Below, piece by piece: positions 18,883 to 27,814 of a stretch of 64,000 nucleotides of DNA; position 1 is the first letter of the stretch; each line of letters starts with the position of its first letter. Source of the DNA: an uncultured Bacteroidales bacterium. Lineage in GTDB: Bacteria; Bacteroidota; Bacteroidia; Bacteroidales; UBA10428. Under the pieces are notes generated by a model that saw only the letters and a program-made list of their open reading frames with translations, did no database searches and was not told the DNA's origin. The stretch covers positions 11,228 to 75,227 of the forward strand of contig CAZTSR010000011.1 of the NCBI GenBank assembly GCA_964615995.1. The letters run 5' to 3'. The position numbers and the translations under genes were made by a program.

Positions 18883-20061
18883 ATGAAAGTCCTCCATTTA
18901 TTCTGCATATGTCTGTTCATCACTCTGGTTTTTGCCTGTGATAAAGAAGAATTGTCCGATGCCCAATCTGAGAAGTTTGTTAAATATTATGCGAACTTCC
19001 CTGAATATACTGCTGCCGACGTAATCAACTATGAATCAGGATACGCTGTTTTGGGAACTGCTTTAACCGCTGATACCACAACACAAATTTGTCTGATCCT
19101 CACAGATGCTGAAGGAAATTCTATTGGCCAGGAAAAAGTATATGGAAGAGAGAAGAATGACCGTGCATATTGCTTAAAATCTTTGCCTGACGGTGGTTTT
19201 GTTATTATGGGGTCTTCTCAGCACCCCATTACTGATAAGCTTGAAGTAATGGTGATTAAAATCAACCGTGATGGAGAGCCGGTTTGGACACGCTTTATTT
19301 CTGAAGCCGGACAGAATGTAGAAGCTAAAAAGTTTGCTATTGGTGATAACGGCGCGATATACCTTGCCGGATATTGTTCCACAGCCGAAAAATCAAAAGA
19401 AATTTGGGTTTTTGCAATTAATTCAAATGGCAATGATTTATGGACGTCATCCAGAACTTTTGGCTACCAATGGGATGATGAAGCAGCATACCTGGATATA
19501 CTGGAAGATGGCGACTTATTAATGACAGGATACGTTACTCCAAATGGCACTGTAAATAATGCTTATTTGCTTAAAACCGACGCTGAAGGCAGCCTTGAAG
19601 CCTTTTTGCCCCTGATCTCAGTAGAAAATAAAGAAGGTTGTTCTGTAATTGCCCTGAATAACAACGATTTTCTTGTGCTAAGCACGCGTTCTGTCGGAGG
19701 TTACCAGGATATTGCCCTTGACATGATCGACTACGGCAATATGACCACAGTATGGACGCAAACTTATTTATCAGCAGCTGAAAATGAAATCAGCAAGGGC
19801 CTCATTCATTCCAACAATAAATACTATATCCTGAGTACAAAGAGTCCAAGTATTTCCAAATCTGTCATTTCCATCGTTACTGCTGATGCGGCAGGGAATA
19901 AACTTTCTGTAAACGATTTTGGATTGTCAACAGCATTGACCGCTTCTTCATTTCAAACAACCTCTGATGGAGGATTTATTATTGCCGGTACAAATGAAGT
20001 AAGCGAAGAGAACAATACTGCTCTTGCGCTTATTAAAACCAATGCAGCGCTGGGACTATAA
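18883..20061 (+). CDS. lipoprotein with ~7 repeated beta-propeller-like blades
   Basis: 392-aa ORF with a signal peptide and a plausible lipobox (LVFAC-D). Blade cores recur about every 45-50 aa: GYAVLGTA, GGFVIMGSS, GAIYLAGY, GDLLMTGY, DFLVLSTR, KYYILSTK, GGFIIAGT. It starts 2 nt after the upstream stop. Confidence 0.5.
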   Translation: MKVLHLFCICLFITLVFACDKEELSDAQSEKFVKYYANFPEYTAADVINYESGYAVLGTALTADTTTQICLILTDAEGNSIGQEKVYGREKNDRAYCLKSLPDGGFVIMGSSQHPITDKLEVMVIKINRDGEPVWTRFISEAGQNVEAKKFAIGDNGAIYLAGYCSTAEKSKEIWVFAINSNGNDLWTSSRTFGYQWDDEAAYLDILEDGDLLMTGYVTPNGTVNNAYLLKTDAEGSLEAFLPLISVENKEGCSVIALNNNDFLVLSTRSVGGYQDIALDMIDYGNMTTVWTQTYLSAAENEISKGLIHSNNKYYILSTKSPSISKSVISIVTADAAGNKLSVNDFGLSTALTASSFQTTSDGGFIIAGTNEVSEENNTALALIKTNAALGL

Positions 20062-20156
20062 TACACAGGTTATATTCCTGAAAATTTCCTGACCCATTAA
20101 GCCTCTTGCCTGCCATTTTTATGCAATTCATCAAATAGTTGGTTCCTTTTAGCTTG

Positions 20157-20172
20157 TATTTTTGTATTTTTG
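20157..20172 (+). promoter_or_regulatory. two tandem TATTTTTG (-7 type, TAnnTTTG) motifs upstream of the T9SS adhesin gene
   Basis: The sequence gTATTTTTGTATTTTTGtac gives perfect TAnnTTTG matches at 20157-20164 and 20165-20172, about 115 nt upstream of the likely ATG at 20286. Confidence 0.35.
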
Positions 20173-20285
20173 TACTTAGTATGGAACTCATGCCCATATG
20201 GTTATAATCTGAGGATTGTTCCATCTGACAAGTTTTCAACCGAACCTGAAATATCATGTCTAACACGCTGCCTGAACCGTTCACT

Positions 20286-23200
20286 ATGAAAAATTTCTAT
20301 ACCCAAAAAGTTGTTTTGTCTGTGATTCTCATTTCCGGGATGGCCCTTTGTGCTCAAAGTCAGTCGACTGTTGCTGCTGATGACGACTATGAGATGGAGG
20401 AAGGATCAGAACTTACAATTTCGGCCCCGGGTGTACTGGAAAACGACCTGTCTGAATTCTCATTAACAGCACATCCTGTATCTGAACCATCGCATGCTAA
20501 TGCTCCGTTCATTCTACAGGAAGACGGCTCTTTTGTATACCAGCACGATGGATCTGAAACTACGTCCGATGCATTTCAATATACAGCTTATGACGGCATA
20601 GAAGAAAGTGCCCCTGCCACTGTCAATATACAGATTATTCCGGTAAATGATGCCCCGCAGATTTCAGACATTCCTGATGTTACCACTAATAAAGGTGAAG
20701 AATTTGCTGTCATTGAGCTCGACAAGCTGGTAACTGATGCCGAGAACGATCCCGCTGACATGTCATGGACTGTTAACAGTACCGTAGACCTGGATGTATC
20801 TGTTGATGAGGAAACTCATTTTGCCAGCATTGACGTTCCATCTGAATCCTGGACAGGTTCTGAAACCATTACATTCACAGTTACAGATACCGAAAATGGT
20901 ACCGATTCTGATGAAGCAACTTTTACAGTGCTGAATGTGAATGCTCCTCCGGGCAATCTTTCTCTAAGTTCACACACACTGGATGAAAATGCACCTCCTT
21001 CTACCATCATTGGGAATCTTTCAGCAACAGATCCTGATGTGGGTGATGTCATCATTTTTTCACTCCCTGCAGGGGTACTGGACAATAATCTGTTTAACCT
21101 GAATGCCAATACAGGCGCACTCAGAAAGAATGTCAGTGCTGATTATGAAAACATAAAAACCTATACCGTAAGGGTTAGGGCAACAGATGCCATAAATGAA
21201 TATTCAGAGGCCGATTTTATCATTTCCATTACCAATGTGAATGAAGCACCGACCAACCTGACATTAAGCAACTCTTCGATTAATGAAGGCCTGCCGGCAC
21301 ATTCTGTAGTAGGTTCCTTTACAATCACGGATCCGGATGTCGGCGATCCTCATATGATTGTATTTACTGCAGGTGGTGCTGATAACAATAAATTTAATAT
21401 TGAAGGCAGCAACCTGACTACCAGTCAACCCCTTGACTTTGAATCTGATCCCTCGTTGCAAATTGAACTTTCAGTATCTGACTTGCAAGGTCTGAGCATT
21501 ACAAAGCAATTTAACATTACAGTTCTTGATGTTGCCGATGCCCCTACTGATATTTCGCTTTCACCTAATACAATTGCTGAGAATCAACCCATCAACACGT
21601 TAGTTGGCACACTGAGCAGCACCGATCCGGATGCCGGTGAAACATTTACCTACACTTTTGCTTCAGGTGGCGCAGATAATGCATCATTCAATATATCCGG
21701 AAACCAGTTACGGTCCAGCGCCATTTTTAATTTTGAAGCTGTAAGTTCCTATGTCATCAGAATCCGGACGACAGACAGCCAATCAAATTTCTTTGAAAAG
21801 GATCTTACCATAACCATTACCAACGTATTTGAAAAACCCACAGACATAGCACTGTCATCTGCTTCAATCGCTGAAAATCTTCCAGCCGGTACCGCGGTAG
21901 GGACGCTTACGGCAACCGACCCTGACATGTTTGAAACATTCACTTTTTCGCTTCCGTCCGGAACCCCTGACAATGCTTTCTTTACGATTTCCGGAAACGA
22001 ATTGCGCACTGCTGCGAAATTCGATTATGAAACCCTGCTGCCAAGCCACTCCTATTCAATCAATATCCGCTGTACAGACAACAACTCCCAATTTTTTGAC
22101 AAAGCATTTACCATAAATGTTACCGATGTAAATGAAGGAGTTGCTTCCATCACCGGAGGAGGAACCTTTTGCGCCGGAGCAGCTATGACCATCACGCTGA
22201 ACATTTCCGGAGGTAACGGCCCGTTTAATCTCACACTTACCCGCACACTGAGTACTTCCAATAAGGATACTTCCATAACATCGATCGGCACCCTGCCTTA
22301 TAATATCATTGTCCGGATTCCTGGGACCTATACCATTAAGGCTTTAACCGATAAGGATAACAACCCCGGTACATTTTCATTAACTCCGGTAGTTCTGGTG
22401 CAAAACCCCAGGGCAAAAGCCATACTTACGCCTGTTACCCAGGCTATTTGTAAGGATGGTGTATCTCTGGCAACGCTGCATGTGAATTTTACAGCTGGTG
22501 TTGGCCCTTACCAGATTAAAGTGCAAAGGGGCAATAATGCTTCAAATGATACTACCATTACCAGGGCTGCTGATTTTGATTTTCATTCGCGGGTGTTCGA
22601 CAACACCATTACCAGGCACCGGATCATTCAAATTCTGGATAAGGACAATTGTGCAGGGGATACAACAGGATCAGGCACTGCGTTGGTTTCATACAAGGCA
22701 TCTCCTGTTGCCACTATTTCAGGGACTGCCACCATTTGCCCGGGAGCCAGCACGCCGCTTACCATTACGCTTCAGGGAACTGCCCCGTGGAATATTGCAT
22801 ATCGCAAGGATGCCGGCAGCCCTCAGACCATTACCAATATTCAAACTTCACCGCATACTCTGAATGTTAATTCAGCCGGGCGATATACTTTATATTCAGT
22901 ACAGGATGCATCGTGTACAGGCACTGTTAGTGGCGAGGCCGTAATTACTGCCAATATTGTTCCGGTTGCTACCTTAAGCGGTAGCGCTACCATTTGTGAA
23001 CATACCACTGCAAATCTGAGTCTGGCTATTACAGGCTCTAACAGCCCCTGGAAGTTTTATTATAAATTAAATTCCGGAGATTCCATTATTGTGGATGGTA
23101 TTGGAACCAGTCCTGCTTCCATCCCGGTTTCTAAAGCAGGTAATTATTCGGCACTGAAAATTGTCGACAAAAACAATTGTGTGGGAACAGTTTCAGGGAA

Positions 23201-25529
23201 TCCGGCAATAACGGTTACCCCTGCTCCCAATGTAACTGTTAGTGGCCTGCTTCCGGCTTATAACAAAGATGTTTTACGTGTTCCCGTAAGTGTTAATCCT
23301 TCAAGTTCATTCCACATTGCTCATCCTGCACTATTTCCATATGAAAATGTACTGCATTTCTGGCCGACCCTTGCTACCATAGGAACTCATAATCTCGTAT
23401 TTTATTATGAAGATCCCGGTACACATTGTGTTGGCTATGATACTGCAACCGTCAGGGTACTTGCTGCACAATCTCAGATATTTTTTGAAAAAGAAAAAAC
23501 CACCTATTGTACCAATGACGGACCCTTTAAGGTTACCGGCGTGAATGTCCCCAATAAAATAGGTACATTTACAATTCAGGGTGGAATCGGACTTGTAGAT
23601 CATGGCGATAATACGGCGACTGTTTATCCGAAACAATTAACTGCCAATACTTACAAGATAACATATACGTATATTCAAGATGGTGTGCCCCTTTCGGTCT
23701 CAAATAATCTCGATATCGGCAACAAACCTGTTGCCAATTTCGCATGGGCTACGGAATGCTATCAACAGGGTCAGTCCATTTCATTTACCAATATTTCAGT
23801 GTCGCCTTATGGCGCATTTACAGATACCAGTTATTTCTGGAAGATATATGGCGCTTCATCCTTTATTTCAAAAACCACCAGAAACATTACACATGCTTTT
23901 GAACAGGCGGGGAATCAAACCATTGAATTGCAAATTGAAAATTCATATGGCTGTGCAGATACCATTGTAAAAATATTTCCCTTACGCCCGACCATTGATT
24001 TGATGGATGATTATTCTGAAAGTTTTGAAGGTCCTGCACTGGGTTGGAAAAGCGGTAATTCTGAAACTGTAAACAGCTGGCAGCTGGGTACTCCGACATC
24101 CGGATACATACCTGGCAGTACAAAATGCTGGTATACAAAGATCACATCAACAGTTCCTCCCAGTGAACATTCATGGGTTACCAGTCCTTGTTACGATTTT
24201 ACGCATGCGGATAAACCCATGGTGAAAATGAACATATGGCGTTTATTTAATCTCAACACCAATGCAGACGGTGCTAATCTTCAGTTTTCTGCCGACAGCG
24301 GAAAAACATGGACTCTGGTTGGCGATATAGCGGATGGGAAAAACTGGTATAATAGCTATATTATTACAGGCTTGCCAGGAGGATCGGGTATTGGCTGGTC
24401 GAATGTGAAGGATGCCTCATGGATTGATTCACGCCATTCACTGGATATGTTAAAGGGTAAAAAATGGGTTCAGTTCCGAATCACTTATGGGTCGGATTCA
24501 AGAGTTCGCAATACAAACGGTATTGCCTTTGACGATTTTTCGATTATAGATCGCTCCCGAATGTCATTGATTGAACACTTCACAAATTCATCTGATACGG
24601 ATACTGAAATAGCCGATGCTTTGCTGGATACCTTCACGAACAATAACCTTGCTCATGTGATCAACATCCAATACCATACTTCAAATCCTGCAGGTGATCC
24701 GTTCTATACAGATAACACCCAGGTTACAAATTTGCGTCAGTTTTACTACGGATTGTCAGCAGCGCCTTATGCATTATTAAACGGAGGCACGTCTGTTTCT
24801 CAACGTTTTGACTATGTTGATGGCTCTAAACCGCTGAACACCAATACCGTTATTATTGAATCGCTGGACGACAGCAAGTTTGAGATCAATATGGATTCAA
24901 AAATAGATCAGGTATTGCGAACAAAAGTTCAGGTGGGAGCCCGTGCTAACATCTCTGCAAGCAATATCTCTGTTAAAATTGCCGTAATTGAAAGGATTAT
25001 AAACAGTGTTCCCGGCCAAAACGGAGATCAGGAATTTATGAATGTAGTGAAAGCCATGCTCCCAAGTCCTTCCGGAACCATCTATAACCGCGCATGGTCA
25101 AAGGATGAAGTGGTAGAAATTGAAAAAACATGGGAACTTCAGCATGTATATAATGCCAATGAGCTTAGGGTGGTTGCTTTTATTCAGAACGAGCAGACTC
25201 ATGAAATATACCAGGCTGCAATGGATACCATTGGTATTATCATATATGATGATATCAAAGATCCGCAGGCTTTTGATGAGGCTGGTTTTACAATTTACCC
25301 CAATCCTGCCAATCAGCATGCAACAGTATTGTTTAATGAAGAAACCAAAGAAGACCTGAAAATTGAACTTTTCAACAGTACGGGTAAACTGGTGCATTCC
25401 ACGGTTATTTCTGCCGGTGAATCGTCTGTTGATATACCACTGGATGCCTATCCTGATGGGTTATATTTGATGAGGCTTGTAACCGAGGACCGGTTACTGG
25501 GAATCCGAAAATTAGTCATCTCCCGATAA
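20286..25529 (+). CDS. giant T9SS-secreted adhesin: cadherin-like repeats, Cys-bracketed Ig-like modules, PKD-like, MAM/lectin-like and Omp28/thioredoxin-like regions, and a type-A T9SS C-terminal domain
   Basis: The ORF track starts at 20256. The Met at 20286 gives a proper signal peptide (MKNFYTQKVVLSVILISGMALCA-QSQ). Four cadherin-type units carry DENAPP...TDPDVGD. The C-terminus is a T9SS CTD: IYPNPANQHATVLF...GLYLMRLVTEDRLLGIRKLVISR. Confidence 0.8.
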   Translation: MKNFYTQKVVLSVILISGMALCAQSQSTVAADDDYEMEEGSELTISAPGVLENDLSEFSLTAHPVSEPSHANAPFILQEDGSFVYQHDGSETTSDAFQYTAYDGIEESAPATVNIQIIPVNDAPQISDIPDVTTNKGEEFAVIELDKLVTDAENDPADMSWTVNSTVDLDVSVDEETHFASIDVPSESWTGSETITFTVTDTENGTDSDEATFTVLNVNAPPGNLSLSSHTLDENAPPSTIIGNLSATDPDVGDVIIFSLPAGVLDNNLFNLNANTGALRKNVSADYENIKTYTVRVRATDAINEYSEADFIISITNVNEAPTNLTLSNSSINEGLPAHSVVGSFTITDPDVGDPHMIVFTAGGADNNKFNIEGSNLTTSQPLDFESDPSLQIELSVSDLQGLSITKQFNITVLDVADAPTDISLSPNTIAENQPINTLVGTLSSTDPDAGETFTYTFASGGADNASFNISGNQLRSSAIFNFEAVSSYVIRIRTTDSQSNFFEKDLTITITNVFEKPTDIALSSASIAENLPAGTAVGTLTATDPDMFETFTFSLPSGTPDNAFFTISGNELRTAAKFDYETLLPSHSYSINIRCTDNNSQFFDKAFTINVTDVNEGVASITGGGTFCAGAAMTITLNISGGNGPFNLTLTRTLSTSNKDTSITSIGTLPYNIIVRIPGTYTIKALTDKDNNPGTFSLTPVVLVQNPRAKAILTPVTQAICKDGVSLATLHVNFTAGVGPYQIKVQRGNNASNDTTITRAADFDFHSRVFDNTITRHRIIQILDKDNCAGDTTGSGTALVSYKASPVATISGTATICPGASTPLTITLQGTAPWNIAYRKDAGSPQTITNIQTSPHTLNVNSAGRYTLYSVQDASCTGTVSGEAVITANIVPVATLSGSATICEHTTANLSLAITGSNSPWKFYYKLNSGDSIIVDGIGTSPASIPVSKAGNYSALKIVDKNNCVGTVSGNPAITVTPAPNVTVSGLLPAYNKDVLRVPVSVNPSSSFHIAHPALFPYENVLHFWPTLATIGTHNLVFYYEDPGTHCVGYDTATVRVLAAQSQIFFEKEKTTYCTNDGPFKVTGVNVPNKIGTFTIQGGIGLVDHGDNTATVYPKQLTANTYKITYTYIQDGVPLSVSNNLDIGNKPVANFAWATECYQQGQSISFTNISVSPYGAFTDTSYFWKIYGASSFISKTTRNITHAFEQAGNQTIELQIENSYGCADTIVKIFPLRPTIDLMDDYSESFEGPALGWKSGNSETVNSWQLGTPTSGYIPGSTKCWYTKITSTVPPSEHSWVTSPCYDFTHADKPMVKMNIWRLFNLNTNADGANLQFSADSGKTWTLVGDIADGKNWYNSYIITGLPGGSGIGWSNVKDASWIDSRHSLDMLKGKKWVQFRITYGSDSRVRNTNGIAFDDFSIIDRSRMSLIEHFTNSSDTDTEIADALLDTFTNNNLAHVINIQYHTSNPAGDPFYTDNTQVTNLRQFYYGLSAAPYALLNGGTSVSQRFDYVDGSKPLNTNTVIIESLDDSKFEINMDSKIDQVLRTKVQVGARANISASNISVKIAVIERIINSVPGQNGDQEFMNVVKAMLPSPSGTIYNRAWSKDEVVEIEKTWELQHVYNANELRVVAFIQNEQTHEIYQAAMDTIGIIIYDDIKDPQAFDEAGFTIYPNPANQHATVLFNEETKEDLKIELFNSTGKLVHSTVISAGESSVDIPLDAYPDGLYLMRLVTEDRLLGIRKLVISR
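20941..22137 (+). repeat. four tandem ~100-aa cadherin-like repeats (protein level, diverged at DNA level)
   Basis: Each unit has the pattern N(V/E)(N/A)(E/D)APT(N/D)(L/I)(T/S)LS...(I/L)(D/N/A)EN.P....VG.L(S/T)(A/T)TDPD.G(D/E)...F.......DN..F.I.G..L.....(F/D)(D/N)(Y/F)E and ends in (I/V)T(N/D)V. Confidence 0.75.
22138..23246 (+). repeat. four ~93-aa Cys-bracketed Ig-like modules
   Basis: Units begin ITGGGTFCAG, LTPVTQAICKDG, ISGTATICPGA and LSGSATICEHT. Each has a G..GP(F/Y/W) core and, in the last three, a distal D(K/A).(N/S)C.G motif (the first module has no second Cys). Confidence 0.6.
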
Positions 25530-25537
25530 CTTTTTAA

Positions 25538-25573
25538 CCCTGTCTGTGTTTTATGGACAGGGTTTTTTGTTTG
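25538..25573 (+). terminator. rho-independent terminator after the giant adhesin gene
   Basis: A 7-bp GC-rich stem CCCTGTC (25538-25544) pairs with GACAGGG (25556-25562) across an 11-nt loop. It is followed by TTTTTTGTTTG. Confidence 0.7.
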
Positions 25574-25609
25574 ATCCCCCGATAAAAGATTTTTGTAAAT
25601 GGTTACGAT

Positions 25610-27808
25610 ATGGCTGTTGGAAAATTTTTCAATCCGGGAAGGATTTTTTGGGCGGAGGTTCTCATTCTGTTTTCAAATTCTTTGCCTGCAACCGGAAAGC
25701 ATCAGATAGCAATTATTTATGACAATGATTCATCTGCTTGCTATGAAGCATCTGCTGTTAAAATGATTGAAGGCGGTGCATTTATTGAGTTTGATAACAA
25801 CCGTAAGCAATACTGTCATAATGAACCTCCATTCGGAATACGTGGCCTTAATTTATTGTCAGACGAACCGGGATCATTTACAATAAGTGGCGGGGTCGGC
25901 CTCACTGATCATGGAAACAACAGGGCCACTATTGATCCTTCGAAGCTGAATCCTGGAGTTTATACGATAACTTATTCTGCCCCCGATAATGCACCTGTTT
26001 CGGAAGATTTTGAAATTGGCGCATCTATTGTAGCAGATTTTTCATGGGACAAAGCATGTTTTCAGCAAGGAACATCAGTGTCTTTTTCTGATCGCACCGC
26101 ATCTCCATACGGATCACTCAATGCAGACAGTTATCATTGGCGCGTTCATAACGGAACTTTAATAGCTGAATTTCATACGGCTCAAATCCAGTATAAGTTT
26201 CCTGCAGCAGGAAAGTACAATGTGGAACTTATGGTGGAAAATTCTATGGGTTGCATGGATTCTATAATAAAGGCCTTTCCTTTAAGCAAAATTATAACGC
26301 TGACAGAAAATTCATACACTGAGAATTTTGAATCAGGTTCGTCAAACTGGAACAGCGGTGCTGAAATTCAGACTACAAGAAACAGCTGGACACTGGGAGA
26401 TCCTGAACAGGGTTTCACTGCACCCTACTCCGGTTCAAAAGCCTGGTATACCAAAATAAATCCGTCTTCCATTCCGGCAGAAAAATCATGGGTGACAAGT
26501 CCTTGTTTCGACTTACGCGGATCAAGCCCATTGGTCTTATCGGCAAAGATATGGCGCTTGTTCTCTAACGATAAAGATGGCGTATGTTTACAGGCATCCA
26601 TAGATAACGGTAAGACATGGAGCACTTTGGGTTCTGTTTTTAGCGGTGCAAACTGGTACAATGATAATTATGGGAATGCCCAGCGGCCAGGGTGGACAAA
26701 CTTCAGCGATGCGGACTGGATTGAAGCACGACATACTCTGGGTCAACTTACAGGGAAAAATCCCGTTCAGTTCCGGTTTTTCTATGAAGCTGGTGGAACT
26801 GCAACAGGAAATCAGGGATTTGCTTTTGACGATTTTAAGATTGCAGGTTCCAGAAATAAATCCATCATGGAATATTTTACAAATTCTTCCAACTCATTAA
26901 GTTTAAAAGCTGATTCGATTGTTGACCAGTTTGCAATTAAAAACAATGCTTCAGTAATTGATTTGCAATATCATACTTCTGCGCCAGAAAATGATCCGTT
27001 CCATCAGGATAACCCGACCGTTCCTTCAACGCGCCAGTTATATTACGGATTGAACCTGGCTCCATACGCTATTTTGAATGGAGGTTCGCAGTCAAACCAG
27101 AAATATGATTTTGCAAACGAAACCCCTTCATTAAGCATTTCACAGCCGCTCATTGACAGTAAATTTGACATACAGGTTTACACCATGATTCAAACCGATA
27201 TGCTGTATGTAAAAGTCGTGTTGAAAGCACTGCAGGATATTCCGGCGCATGATCTGGCATTAAGAATTGCCGTTTATGAACCCTTAATCAATACAGTTTC
27301 CGGATTAAATGGGGACAAATCATTCCGGAATGTTGTAAAAACAATGATACCGGGTGCAGGCGGGATCAATTATACAGAACCCTGGAATAAATCAGATTCT
27401 GTTGTAGTTGTGGAATCCTGGGAAATGGAAAATGTATATGTAACAGGCAGTATTAAAGCAGCTGCTTTTATTCAGGACGAAGATACACATGAAATATATC
27501 AGGCAGCTTCAGATATAAGAGGCTTGTTTACAGATGTTGATGATCCTGTTGAGCATCTGTTAACCGCTAGTCTCATTTATCCGAATCCCGCAAATTATTC
27601 ATTTACACTAAACCTGAGGGAAAATCATGAAGAAACATCGGTTGACCTGATCAACAACCTCGGTCAGCTTATAAAAACCATACAAATCAGTAAAGGAACA
27701 AATCACATGCTGATTCCTGTGAATGATTTGCCTGCAGGTGCATATTTATTGCGTATTCAGGAAAAAAGATTGCAGCCGGAGATTCTGAAAGCAGTTATTT
27801 CAAGATAG
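25610..27808 (+). CDS. T9SS-sorted protein, paralog of the C-terminal ~740 aa of the upstream adhesin (PKD-like, MAM/lectin-like, Omp28-like, T9SS CTD)
   Basis: 732-aa ORF collinear with the upstream protein: WVTSPCFDL vs WVTSPCYDF, HEIYQAASD vs HEIYQAAMD, IYPNPANYSFTLNL vs IYPNPANQHATVLF. An in-frame TAA at 25583 blocks any upstream extension. The N-terminus is only a marginal signal peptide. Confidence 0.7.
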   Translation: MAVGKFFNPGRIFWAEVLILFSNSLPATGKHQIAIIYDNDSSACYEASAVKMIEGGAFIEFDNNRKQYCHNEPPFGIRGLNLLSDEPGSFTISGGVGLTDHGNNRATIDPSKLNPGVYTITYSAPDNAPVSEDFEIGASIVADFSWDKACFQQGTSVSFSDRTASPYGSLNADSYHWRVHNGTLIAEFHTAQIQYKFPAAGKYNVELMVENSMGCMDSIIKAFPLSKIITLTENSYTENFESGSSNWNSGAEIQTTRNSWTLGDPEQGFTAPYSGSKAWYTKINPSSIPAEKSWVTSPCFDLRGSSPLVLSAKIWRLFSNDKDGVCLQASIDNGKTWSTLGSVFSGANWYNDNYGNAQRPGWTNFSDADWIEARHTLGQLTGKNPVQFRFFYEAGGTATGNQGFAFDDFKIAGSRNKSIMEYFTNSSNSLSLKADSIVDQFAIKNNASVIDLQYHTSAPENDPFHQDNPTVPSTRQLYYGLNLAPYAILNGGSQSNQKYDFANETPSLSISQPLIDSKFDIQVYTMIQTDMLYVKVVLKALQDIPAHDLALRIAVYEPLINTVSGLNGDKSFRNVVKTMIPGAGGINYTEPWNKSDSVVVVESWEMENVYVTGSIKAAAFIQDEDTHEIYQAASDIRGLFTDVDDPVEHLLTASLIYPNPANYSFTLNLRENHEETSVDLINNLGQLIKTIQISKGTNHMLIPVNDLPAGAYLLRIQEKRLQPEILKAVISR

Positions 27809-27814
27809 TCAGAT

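Noticed and set aside
10099-20061. The idea that the TIR/STAND operon sits on a mobile genomic island
   Set aside because: There is no flanking tRNA, integrase, direct repeat or transposase. The neighbours are core genes (lysS, aroK). I could not compute GC skew or composition reliably by eye, so horizontal origin remains untested rather than supported.
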